Assembly (NCBI GenBank): GCA_963798085.1
Contig: CAWCRS010000007.1
Coordinates: forward strand, 96,001-160,000
DNA length: 64,000 nt
Reading direction: 5' to 3'
DNA from: an uncultured Gemmatimonadales bacterium
GTDB lineage: Bacteria > Gemmatimonadota > Gemmatimonadetes > Longimicrobiales > RSA9
Within the stretch, counting starts at the first letter, position 1. Each line of letters begins with the position of its first letter. A program made the position numbers and the translations under genes. This document shows, one piece after another, positions 49,565-59,568 of this stretch. Below the pieces are notes generated by a model. It did not search any database, had not been told where the DNA came from, and saw only the letters and a program-made list of their open reading frames with translations.

Positions 49565-52304
49565 GAACCTGCGCACGCGCGCCGCGCGCGCCGCGTTTCT
49601 TTTCTGTCTGCGCACGTTCCCGCGTGCGTTCCGCGAGCGCTCGGCTGCCGAGCTGCTCTGGATGTTCGAGCAGCGCTTTGCTTCGCTGAATCCGCGAGGC
49701 ATCGCATGGCTGGTGGTGGTTCTGCGCGAATGCGCGGGACTGCTGCGCGCCGGGATGACCGAGCGGCGCCGCAGCCGGATTCTGCGCCGGCAACGCGGCG
49801 GTGAAATCGTCGCCCGCAATACGAAGCGCGGGCTGCGCGCGCTGCCGGGCGTGGTGCGCCAGGATGCGCGGCACGCACTGCGCACGCTGCGGCGCAATCC
49901 GGGCTTCGCGGGAATGTCGGTGGGCCTGCTCGGGCTGGGCATTGGCTCCAGTGTGGCGATCTTTTCGGCTGTCAACGCGGTGTTGATCCGGCCGCTGCCG
50001 CTGCCGCAGCCCGCGCGGCTGGTGGCGTTGTGGGAGAGCAATCGCGAGCGCGGCTGGGACCGCGCGGAAGTGGCGCCCGCGAACCTCTTCGACTGGCAGG
50101 AGCGCATCCCCGAGTTCGCGGCCATCGCCGGGTACGCGGACTGGCTCACGGGGCTCGAGCTGGGTGGCGTGGCGCAGCCGCGGCGGGTGCAGGCCAGCAT
50201 GGTAACAGGCGATTACTTCCGAGTCCTGGGCGTGAAGCCGCTGCTGGGCCGCGGTTTCACGAGCGCTGAGACCTGGAGCAACGCCGGCAGTACACTGCGC
50301 GCGGGCAACGGCACGCCCATCAGTTCGGTCGTGCTGAGCGAGCCGCTCTGGCGCTCCGCCTTCGCGGCGGATCCCGCGATCGTGGGCCGGACCATTCGTC
50401 TGGAACGCAAGGATGTGCGCGTCGTCGGCGTGATGCCCGCGGCGCTGCGCATGCCGCACGCGCAGACGGATCTCTGGGTGGTTCCCGGCTTCGATGCGAG
50501 CGTGCGTACGCAGGAATGGTTCCGCCGTGCGCACAGCCTGCGCGGCATCGCGCGGCTTGCGCCCGGTATCACGGTCGAGCGCGCCGCGGCAAAGCTGGGC
50601 GATGTCTCGCACGCACTGCAGCGCGAGTATCCGGTTCTGGATCGCGGCATGGAAGGTGGTCTGGCGCCGCTGGGCGACTATCTGTCGCACGATGCGCGCC
50701 GACCGCTGCTCGCCCTGCTGGCCGCGGTAATGCTGCTGTTACTCAGCGCCAGCGCGAACATTGCCAACCTCATCCTGCTGCGGGGCGTGGCGAGGGAGCG
50801 TGAGCTGGCGGTACGCGGCGCGCTGGGCGCAAGTCGCGTGCGCCTGCTGGCGCAGCTCTTCACGGAAAGCGCCGTACTGGCCATTGCCGGTGGAGCACTG
50901 GGCCTGTTGCTGGGTCTCTGGGGCACGCGCTGGCTGTCGGCGCACCAGCCGGCGCAGCTGCAGGCGGTGCAGCCGCTCGCGGTCGATGGTCGCGTGCTGC
51001 TGTTCGCGTTGTGTGCCACGACCGGCAGCGCACTGCTGTTCGGGCTGCTGCCCGCACTGCGCAGCGCCGCGGCCAGCGCGAAGGACGCGCTCCGCGCGGC
51101 GGCGCGCTCGAGCGCGAGTGCCGGTCGCGTGCGCGCCAGCCAGACGCTCGTGGTGAGCGAGCTGGCGCTGGCGCTGCTGCTGGTGCTGGGCGCCGGCCTG
51201 CTCACCCGCGGCCTGTTCCGCGTGCTGCATCGGGATCCGGGTTTCGATGCAGACAACGTGCTCAGCTTTGCCCTCGCGCTGCCGGGTGTGGACTACGAAA
51301 GTCACGACCGCACGCTCGGCTTCTATGAGACCCTGCTCGAGCGCCTGCGCCGGCTGCCGGGTGTGACGGCCGCGGGTGGCGAGACGCGCGCACCGCTGGA
51401 GGGTGGCTGGGGCAGCGATTTCACGGCGCAGGGCTGGGGGCCGGACCGTTTCGGTGCCGAAGTCCGCCATCGTGAGATAACACCCGGTTATCTCGAGGCC
51501 ATGCACGTCCCGGTGCTGCGCGGCCGCGCCGTGGAGGCGCGCGACCGTGACGGCGCCGAGATGACCGTGCTGATCAACAGCGCGCTGGCTCGTCGTTTCT
51601 TCCCGGGTGAGGATCCCATTGGCCAGCGCATCTGCTTCGACCGCGTGCCGGAAGCGAATTCGGTCTGGCGCACCATCGTGGGCGTGGTGGGCGATGAGCG
51701 GCAGCAGGGACTGTCGCAGGAAGCCGCACCCGAGTTCCTGGCGCCGTTTGCCCAGGACTGGAGTCGTCAGCTCTACCTGCTGGTCCGCACGCACGGGGAT
51801 CCGGAGGCGGTGCTGCCGGCTGTGCGTCGCGAGGTCGCCGCGCTCAATGCGCACCTGGCCATTTTCGATGCGCGCACGGTAGAGCAGATCGTTGCGTTCT
51901 CGCTGGCAAGGGAGCGCTTCGTGCTGGCGCTCTTCGGCCTGTTCGCCGCGCTGTCACTCGTGCTGGCGATGGTGGGCGTCTATGGCGTGGCCGCGCAAAT
52001 GGCGAAGGCGAGGACGCAGGAGATCGGCGTACGCATGGCGCTGGGCGCGCGCACAGGCCAGGTGCAGCGCATGATCCTGCGACGCGGTCTGCTGCTGGCC
52101 CTCGCTGGTCTGGGCGCGGGATTGCTGCTGGCCTGGCCGGGTCAACGCCTGCTCGAAGGACTGCTGGTCGGCGTGGAACCGGGTGATGCGCTCACCATCG
52201 CCGGCGTGTGCGCATTGCTCTGCGGGACCGCGCTGCTGGCATCGTGGATTCCGGCGCGGCGCGCGGCGCGCACGGATCCGGTGCGCGCGCTGCGCATGGA
52301 GTAA
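49554..52304 (+). CDS. Duplicated MacB/FtsX ABC permease (ADOP family)
   Basis: QDARHALRTLRRNPGF; two periplasmic and two FtsX repeats (ANIANL..RERELAVRGALGA; RTQEIGVRMALGA); ends PARRAARTDPVRALRME; coupled to PadR. Confidence 0.93.
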   Translation: MDAENLRTRAARAAFLFCLRTFPRAFRERSAAELLWMFEQRFASLNPRGIAWLVVVLRECAGLLRAGMTERRRSRILRRQRGGEIVARNTKRGLRALPGVVRQDARHALRTLRRNPGFAGMSVGLLGLGIGSSVAIFSAVNAVLIRPLPLPQPARLVALWESNRERGWDRAEVAPANLFDWQERIPEFAAIAGYADWLTGLELGGVAQPRRVQASMVTGDYFRVLGVKPLLGRGFTSAETWSNAGSTLRAGNGTPISSVVLSEPLWRSAFAADPAIVGRTIRLERKDVRVVGVMPAALRMPHAQTDLWVVPGFDASVRTQEWFRRAHSLRGIARLAPGITVERAAAKLGDVSHALQREYPVLDRGMEGGLAPLGDYLSHDARRPLLALLAAVMLLLLSASANIANLILLRGVARERELAVRGALGASRVRLLAQLFTESAVLAIAGGALGLLLGLWGTRWLSAHQPAQLQAVQPLAVDGRVLLFALCATTGSALLFGLLPALRSAAASAKDALRAAARSSASAGRVRASQTLVVSELALALLLVLGAGLLTRGLFRVLHRDPGFDADNVLSFALALPGVDYESHDRTLGFYETLLERLRRLPGVTAAGGETRAPLEGGWGSDFTAQGWGPDRFGAEVRHREITPGYLEAMHVPVLRGRAVEARDRDGAEMTVLINSALARRFFPGEDPIGQRICFDRVPEANSVWRTIVGVVGDERQQGLSQEAAPEFLAPFAQDWSRQLYLLVRTHGDPEAVLPAVRREVAALNAHLAIFDARTVEQIVAFSLARERFVLALFGLFAALSLVLAMVGVYGVAAQMAKARTQEIGVRMALGARTGQVQRMILRRGLLLALAGLGAGLLLAWPGQRLLEGLLVGVEPGDALTIAGVCALLCGTALLASWIPARRAARTDPVRALRME

Positions 52305-52321
52305 CAGATTGTCGGGCGACG

Positions 52322-53695
52322 TCAGTCGAGTCTGACTTGCTGCAGGTAATCCGGCACCAGCGCATCCCAGCCCAGCTGCTGCGTGATGCGCTGGTGCATG
52401 GCCGCCGCGCCGTCGGGCTCGCCATGGACAACGAAGGTGCGCCGCGGCCTGCTCTCGAAACCGCCCAGCCAGTCATGATCTCGCCGTAGTCGGCGTGGGC
52501 GGAGAGGCCGTCCAATGTGGCGATTTCGGCGTGGATGGGCACCGTGCGTGCCGAACAGGCGGACTTCGTGCGCGCCCTCCTGCATGGTGCGGCCGCGCGT
52601 GCCTGCCGCCTGGTAGCCGACGAATAGAACGTATTACGGGGGTCCCCCGCGAAGGGCTGGATGTGGTGCAGCACGCGCCCGCCGGTGGCCATGCCGCTGG
52701 CCGAGATGATGATCTTGGGCCGCGACGTGGCGTCGATCGCCTTGGACTCGGGCGACCGCTGTTGGCGACATGCGCCGCGCCGAAGATCTCGTGCGCATTC
52801 GCGGGCGCTCAGCTTGTGGATGGCGTGCGTAGCGGCAGAACAGGTCGGTGACGTCGACCGCCATGGGGCTGTCGAGGTAGACGGGCAGGTCGGGGATCAT
52901 GCCCGCCTGCTTCATGCGATGGATGTGGAGCATGCACCAGCTGTGCACGCCCGACGGCGTTCGCGGGCACGACCAGCGTGCCGCCGCGTTGCGCGGTTCG
53001 GCGCACGAGTGCCGCGAGAACGCGTCGGCGGGATCGGCATCGAGATGTGATCGCGATTGCCGTACGTCGATTCGACGAGCAGGTAGTCGGCGTGCCGGAT
53101 GCGTGCGGGCGGGTAGAGCATCGGGATCGTGCGGCCGTCCGAGGTCGCCCGAGAACACGCAGCGTCAGGCCCTGTCGCTGCACGGTGACGAAGGCGGCGC
53201 CGAGGATGTGCCCGGCATTATCGAAGCGGCGCTGCATGCCCGTCGCCCAGATCGAAGCTCCGTCTCGCACGGCGATGGGCCGCAGCCGATCCAGGGCCGC
53301 GATCGCGTCGGCGCGCGTGTAGAGCGGCAGCGCCGGCTTGTGCTTCGAGTAGCCGTGCCGGTTGGCGCGCTCCGCCTCCTCCTCCTGCAGGTGCCCGCTG
53401 TCCGGCAGCAGGATGCGCGCACAGGTCGGCGGTCGCCGGCGTGCAGTAGACCGGGCCGCGGAAGCCGTGGCGCACGAGCAGCGGCAGATACCCGCTGTGG
53501 TCGAGGTGCGCGTGCGTGAGCACGACCGCGTCGACCTCGGCAGGCGGCAGCGGCAGCGGCGCCCAGTTGCGCAGGCGCAGGTCCTTGAGGCCCTGGAACA
53601 GGCCGCAGTCGAAGAGGATCCTGCGTGCGACCGGTCTCGAGCAGGTACTTCGAGCCGGTGACGGTCTTCGTCGCACCCAGGAAAGTCAGTTGCAT
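52322..53695 (-). CDS. MBL-fold beta-CASP RNA-processing exonuclease (Ysh1-like), heavily frameshifted
   Basis: [73 protein letters not shown] and FVVHGEP, in successive frames. Confidence 0.85.
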
Positions 53696-53848
53696 GGGCG
53701 CGCAATGTTCCACGCCCGGCAGGCCGACGCAAGCCGGTGTGCGCGCGGCTCACCCGGGAAGCGTGCGGCCCGCGCGCGGCCCGCCTATGTTGATCGGCGA
53801 GGCCACGCGTCCCCGGCGCGTGCGGCGGTCCCCGGCGGGGCCGCGGGA

Positions 53849-56173
53849 ATGCTGCGCACCCTTGCTCCGAGGTCATCATGCTCTTCCTTCATCTCACGGC
53901 CGGCGCGCGCCGTGCTCACGGGCTGCGCCCTGGCTCTGTGTCTCCTGCCCGCGGCTGTGCGACCGGCCACGGCGCAGGATGGCAAGCGCCCCATGACGTT
54001 CCTCGACATGCAGCTCATGCGCCAGGCCGGCTCGCCCGCGCCCAGCCCGGACGGCCGTGGATGCTCTACACGATCTCGACGCCGGACTGGAAGGAGGCGA
54101 AGCGCCAGACCGACATCTATCTGGTGTCGCTGCGACAGGGCTGTCAGTGCGACCCGCAGATGACGTACACGAAGGAGAAGAACGAGACGGGGCCGCGCTG
54201 GTCACGCGACGGTTCCTTCTTCGTGTTCCCTCGAACCGCGATGCACCGGCCAGTGCGCAGGGTGCAGAGCCAGCTGTTCCTGATGCGTCCGGACGGCGGT
54301 GAAGCCGCAGGCGGATCACGGATGCGAAGGACGGTGTCTCGGATTTCGCCTTCACGCAGGATGGGCGCTGGCTGGTCTACCGCGCCGGCAAGTCGGGCGA
54401 GGAGCAGTTGTATCGGCTGCCCGTGTCGCGGACATCACTGAGGCGAAGCCCGAGCAGCTCACGCAGCAGCCGGCGGGCGTCGACGCCTGGGAGATCGCGC
54501 CCGACAGCCGCCGCATCTACTTCACCACGCGCCGACACGGTGGACACGGACGAGAAGCGGCGCCGCGAGAAGCGGTTCACGGTGGACATCCGCAATGCGG
54601 AGACGCCCTGGTCAGCCTCTGGGCGCTCGATCTCGACGCCGGTGCGCGCGACGCGGCTGACGCAGCGACGCGACCGTCACCGTGTCCGGCATCAGCATCT
54701 CCGAGGACAGCCGGCTGGGTCGGTTTCCGCGGCACCGACCGTCGGACCGCTACAAGCGCAACATCACGGAGCAGAACATCAACGCCGACCTGTTCATGCT
54801 CGGACGCCGCGAGCGGCGCGATCGAGCGGCTGACCAACAACAAGGAGGTCGGAGAGCACGGGCCCAGCTTCTCGCCGGACGGCAAGCTGGATCGCGTTCG
54901 CCGCGCCGGATGACCTCACGAAGTACAGCATGAGGAACACGCGGGTCTACGTGCGCGCGATTGACGACAGCGGGCGGACCGTGGCGCAAGCTGGGCAGCG
55001 CCTTCGATGGCGATGTCGCCATCTGGTTCTGGTCAAGGACAGCGGAACGATCTACTTCAACGAAGGCATCCGTGCGACCAACGAGGTGCTCGCGCTGGAC
55101 GTGGAACACGGCGCCGTGCACCCGCTCACCAGCGAGAGGGCATCCGTCTCGGCCGCTCGCGATGACTGACACCGGTGTTCTGCTGATCAATTTCGCCGAC
55201 CCGCAGACGCCGCCCACGATGTTCACTGTCGCCAGCGTGGATCAGCTGGGGAACCGCTCCGCCTGGAGGCAGCTGACGGACGCGAACCCGCAGGTGCGCA
55301 GCATCGCGCTCGGTGAGGAAGAGGAGATCACCTGGAAGTCGAAGGACGGTAAGATGGTCGGCGGCGTGCTGGTGAAGCCGGTCGGCTACCAGCCCGGTCA
55401 GCGCTATCCGCTCATTGTCGCGATCCACGGCGGCCCCGCTTCCGCCGACGTGCTCGGCTTCAACGGCGGCTACGGCGCGCAGGTCTACGCAGGCGCGGGC
55501 TACGCCGTGCTCAGGCCCAACTATCGCGGCTCGACGAACTACGGTGTGGCGCACAAGAACGGACATCGTCGGCAATTACTTCCCGCCCGGCTTCGACGAC
55601 ATCATGACCGGCGTCGACTACCTGATTGCGCAGGGTATTGCGATGGCGATCACATGGGCGCACTGGGCTGGAGCGCCGGCGGCCACTGGTCCGAACTGGA
55701 TCCTCACGCACACCGATCGATTCAAGGCGATCAGCACCGGCGCCGGTACTTCGAACTGGATCTCGATGTACGCGGAGAGCGACGTGCAGCGGAACCGGCA
55801 GTACTACCTCGGCGACAAACTGCCGTACGACGATTTCGATGCGTACTGGCGCCAGTCGCCGCTCAAGTACATCAAGAACGCGAAGACGCCGACCATGATC
55901 CACGTCGTGGAAGGCGATCCGCGCGTGCCTCGCCCGCAGTCGGAGGAATTGCACATGGCGCTCAAGCGCCTGGGCGTGCCCACCGAGTTCTACGTCTACC
56001 CGGGCGCCAGCCACGGCATTCCCGACCCGCGCAACCAGCTGGTCAAGTCCGTCGCCGAAATGGCGTGGATGGATTACTGGGTGCGTGGCAGCGGGCAGAA
56101 GTTCGCCTGGCGCGATGTGCTCAAGACGCTCGACACGGACGGGAAGGTGAAGACCGCGGATTCCACGAAGTAG
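53849..56173 (+). CDS. Secreted S9 family peptidase (beta-propeller plus alpha/beta hydrolase), heavily frameshifted
   Basis: Signal peptide; propeller repeats; YPLIVAIHGGP, PNYRGS, GWSAGG, GDPRVPRPQS and YPGASHG. Confidence 0.88.
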
Positions 56174-56265
56174 GCGACGACACAGCCGTCGCTCTGCTCC
56201 GCGTTTCAACGTCCTGTTTGGCCCTGTCCCGTGACGGCCGACGGGGAGTGGTGATGAGAGGGGTC

Positions 56266-56671
56266 GGGTGCAGGGGTCGGACGCGGACAAGGCGCCCGTT
56301 GACGGGAGGGGGAGGGAAGCTGGTTCAGGCCGGCTTGCCTCCCTTTCCCGTGTCCTGTCCCCCCTGAATGCTCCCTCGTACTGCGCTGACTGCCCTGCCC
56401 ATCTCCCTGTCCCTGGACGCTTCTAACGGAGAGTTAAGGGGAAGGGACGGAGCAGGAGGGATCCACGCCGCAAGGCTCAGGGAAAGTGGCAATCCATCCC
56501 CCCGCTTCCCGCCCCCAACCGAGCCGACATTCCCCTCCCGCCCCTCCACGCGACATTTCCTTCCGCCCCTCCACGCGACATTTCCTCTTCCGCCCCTCCA
56601 CCCGACTTCCCCTTCCGACCTCTCCACCGCCCCTCAACGGGTGCCCTTGTCCGCGTCCGACCCCTCCACCC
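56266..56671. repeat. ~37-bp inverted repeat pair (56266-56302 / 56634-56671) enclosing a 25-30-bp tandem repeat (56506-56635)
   Basis: GGGTG.AGGGGTCGGACGCGGACAAGG..CCCGTTGA and its reverse complement; internal units TTCCGCCCCTCCACGCGACATTTCC, about 5 copies. Confidence 0.85.
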
Positions 56672-56836
56672 AAACCCTCACCCTCGCCCCATCCCGGGCA
56701 AGGGGAACGATCGGAGGGGAGCGCTAATGCAGGGTTAGACAACCAGGCCGGAAGGACAGCGACAAGGCCGAGGGAACCGTGCCGGAATGAAGAGCGTCGG
56801 GGTTGACAGGAACGACAGGGATGCGCCCACATTGCC

Positions 56837-56975
56837 CAGCTTCAGCTTCAGCTTCAGCTTCAGCTTCAGCTTCAGCTTCAGCTTCAGCTTCAGCCTCAGC
56901 CTCAGCCTCAGCCTCAGCCCCCAGCCCCAGCCCCAGCCCCAGCCTCAGCCTCGGCCCCAGCCCCAGCCCCAGCCC
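56837..56975. repeat. Compound hexanucleotide SSR (CAGCTT)9(CAGCCT)4(CAGCCC)n
   Basis: Read directly; abuts the stop codon of the minus-strand gene at 56976. Confidence 0.95.
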
Positions 56976-58094
56976 CTACCTGGTAACGACGCCCTGCATG
57001 CGGATGACCTCGAACGCGCTCGAGGGGATGCGCTTCAGGTCACCCAGCTGATCATTGTTCCAGCGGGAATCGGGTGCGCCGGAGACGTACCAGCCGGAAC
57101 CGTTGTCGGCGAGCAGCATGCCGTAGGTCTTCATGGCGCGCAGGATGACCTGCACGGGGGCGGAGTAGGGCGACTCGTCGAAGGATGCCTTGAGGCGTAC
57201 GCGCATGCCCATGGGCGGCAGGTTCGCGTCGGTGCGCGAGCTGGCGTAGTGGCGTGCGGGATCGACGTAGGCCTTGCGTGTCGTGGGACAGGTGAAGCGC
57301 AGGGCATGACGGATCTGCTGCTGCTCCATCACTTCGTCATAGCGCACGAGTCCGGCCAGGATGGGCAGGCCGGCGGCGTCGGCGGAAGTCCAGCCGGCGG
57401 GTCGTTCGGCATTGCTCTTCAGGTCGAAGATGGCGCCCGAGCCGGCGGTCCAGCGCTTGCCGCCATCGACGGGGTGTGCGTCGAACAGCTCGTATAACAC
57501 CCAGTTATCCCGGTCCACGACCAGCACGTGGCGGTCACCATCGGAGCCGGCGCCGCCCTCGATGGGCGCGTCGGGCGGAATCGGGTAAGGGCCCGGGTCG
57601 CTTTCGTCCGCGTAGTCGAACGAGACGGGCACTCTGGCCTGGCCGCCGGACACGACCGTGTAGGGGATCCCGATGGGCGCGCCGTCCCACACAGTGCCGA
57701 AGTCGGGGTGCAGATTGCGCAGGCCGCAGGCGGCAATGAGCGTGGCCGAAGCGGGATCCACGGCCGCCTGCGAAACATTGGCGTTCCACGCGTTGTCCGC
57801 AGGGAACAGGCGCCGCCCGTTCAGGCTCGCACCGGCGCCCAGGCCGGGCTCGCCACCCGCGGTGCTGCCCGGGTCATCGTTCTGATCGCCGGACGTGACC
57901 TCAGCAGGCGAAGCGGCCGCGCACGCGGCGCCCAGCAGACCGGCCACGAGCAGGGCCGCCACGGTTCGGAACGCGGACCAGCGGCCGCCCGCCACGCGCG
58001 TTGCAGAGCTGCGTCGCAAGAGAGTCTGCTCCTCGTGCAGGGATGTACGCAGGCGACGATGCACTTTCCACACCACCCGCCGCATTCCGCGCAC
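56976..58094 (-). CDS. Conserved hypothetical lipoprotein (start uncertain)
   Basis: Lipobox-like LGAAC; FPADNAWN, YADESDPGPYPIP, GDRHVLV, WTSADAAGLPI, IRHALRFT, PPMGMRVRLK and YGMLLADNGS. Confidence 0.8.
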   Translation of the reverse strand: MRGMRRVVWKVHRRLRTSLHEEQTLLRRSSATRVAGGRWSAFRTVAALLVAGLLGAACAAASPAEVTSGDQNDDPGSTAGGEPGLGAGASLNGRRLFPADNAWNANVSQAAVDPASATLIAACGLRNLHPDFGTVWDGAPIGIPYTVVSGGQARVPVSFDYADESDPGPYPIPPDAPIEGGAGSDGDRHVLVVDRDNWVLYELFDAHPVDGGKRWTAGSGAIFDLKSNAERPAGWTSADAAGLPILAGLVRYDEVMEQQQIRHALRFTCPTTRKAYVDPARHYASSRTDANLPPMGMRVRLKASFDESPYSAPVQVILRAMKTYGMLLADNGSGWYVSGAPDSRWNNDQLGDLKRIPSSAFEVIRMQGVVTR

Positions 58095-58321
58095 GTCTGC
58101 CGGACCGGCCCGCTGGACGTTGCAGCGCTTGCGTTTGCGAGCCCCCCGCCGCGGCGCAGCACGCCCGCCGGCAGGGTACAGCGGAAAACAAGTTTCGGGC
58201 GGTGCGCGAAAAGGGCGGCCCGTGCCAGGTCACCGCGTTGTCCTGGCGCGCTGCCCAGGCCGGCCGGAATGACGGCGCCGCTGCCATGCACCATTCAGAC
58301 GCCTCGCAAATACGGACTGTC

Positions 58322-58715
58322 TAACGGATGGTTAAGGGAGACGGAGAAGGTGAGGGAGAGGGGTCGAAGGAGGAGGCGGGCGGGTGTTTACGGGGAGGGG
58401 CATGGACCGTCCCTGGGCGCCATTCCCGTCGCGCGGCCCGAGCAACACTCGCATTCGTCCTCCTCGGATCCATCGCACTGGCCGACGACCTGGCCATGCC
58501 TCGTGCCATTGGGTGGCGAGCAACGGATCGTGCAGGAGCAGGAGAAGGGCAGGAGACGCGTCGAAAGAGAAGGAGAGCGAGTGTTTACCGGACAGTCAAT
58601 GGGAACAGTAAGCGACACGTGCAATCCACAACGCTCCCCTTGCCCATGAACACGCTCCCGGCGCCTTCTGCCGCCCCTCTCCGTGCCCGTCTCCGTTCCC
58701 CTTAACGGTCCGTTA
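58322..58715. mobile_element. MITE-like non-autonomous element with ~79-bp imperfect terminal inverted repeats
   Basis: 58322-58400 versus the reverse complement of 58637-58715 gives 59/79 identities ungapped (hand count). A third direct copy lies at 58521-58592. No coding capacity. Confidence 0.55.
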
Positions 58716-59154
58716 TCCAATCGATGGCGCCAGGAGCTGCAGGCAGCAGGAGCGCGGCAACCTGCTGGCGTCGAGTCCGTCGCGGCTGACGAGGCTCACG
58801 GTGTCACGCCAGGGCAGCGGCGCGTCGGTCACATGGAAGCCGGCGGTCCAAACGGGAATCCCGGCGGGCATTGTCGCCTGTGTCCTGAAAACGATCCCAT
58901 GCGACCCAGCAAACGCGTGCGCGCGCCCCCCGGCCGTGCGGGAGGGCGTCGCAGCGGAAGACAACGTGCGCGTGAAAGCGGTGAAGTGCCGCCGTGCATT
59001 GCCCTGCGTGTTGAGACGAACGGTCCGGAGAGCCGGGACCGGGCGCGAACCGAAGTGGTGAAACGACCTTTCCTCGACCGCAAGCCGCGCGACTGGCGCG
59101 CATCCTGCCTCCCGTTCGTGGTGTACAACAGGAGGATTCGATCGAGGAGGCGGT

Positions 59155-59520
59155 ATGCGGAAGCGGGGCAGGATCAGTCTCGCGGTGATTGCCATCATGG
59201 CGCTCTCCAGCTGCGCCAGCCTGCACAAGGGCGGCCCGCGCGACACCGGGCCGAAGACCGTGCTCGAGGTGGAGAACGATGCCGCGATGGACATGAACAT
59301 TTACGTGCTGGCGCATGCCACGAACCGGGTGCGGCTGGGAACGGCGGTGGCGCACATCACCACCAATCTCACGATCCCGCCTGACCTGCTGTTCGGGATC
59401 AGCACGTTGCGCTTCATTGCGGACCCGATCGGCGGCAGCGCATTGCCGGTCTCGCAGGAGATCTCGGTGCAGCCCGGAGATACCATCCGCCTGCAGATCC
59501 CGCCTTATGGCGGCCAGTAG
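59155..59520 (+). CDS. Small lipoprotein
   Basis: SD GGAGG; lipobox LSSC; VENDAAMDMNIYV...RVRLG...FIADPIG...VQPGD. Confidence 0.8.
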   Translation: MRKRGRISLAVIAIMALSSCASLHKGGPRDTGPKTVLEVENDAAMDMNIYVLAHATNRVRLGTAVAHITTNLTIPPDLLFGISTLRFIADPIGGSALPVSQEISVQPGDTIRLQIPPYGGQ

Positions 59521-59568
59521 CGGCGCAGCGCCGGGAAGTGCGCGGCCGGCGCCGGCCGGACCTGCGTC

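Noticed and set aside
56787..57497. ORFs with poly-SF, poly-SA or poly-QP tracts
   Set aside because: They are translations of the hexamer SSR and lie antisense to a real gene.
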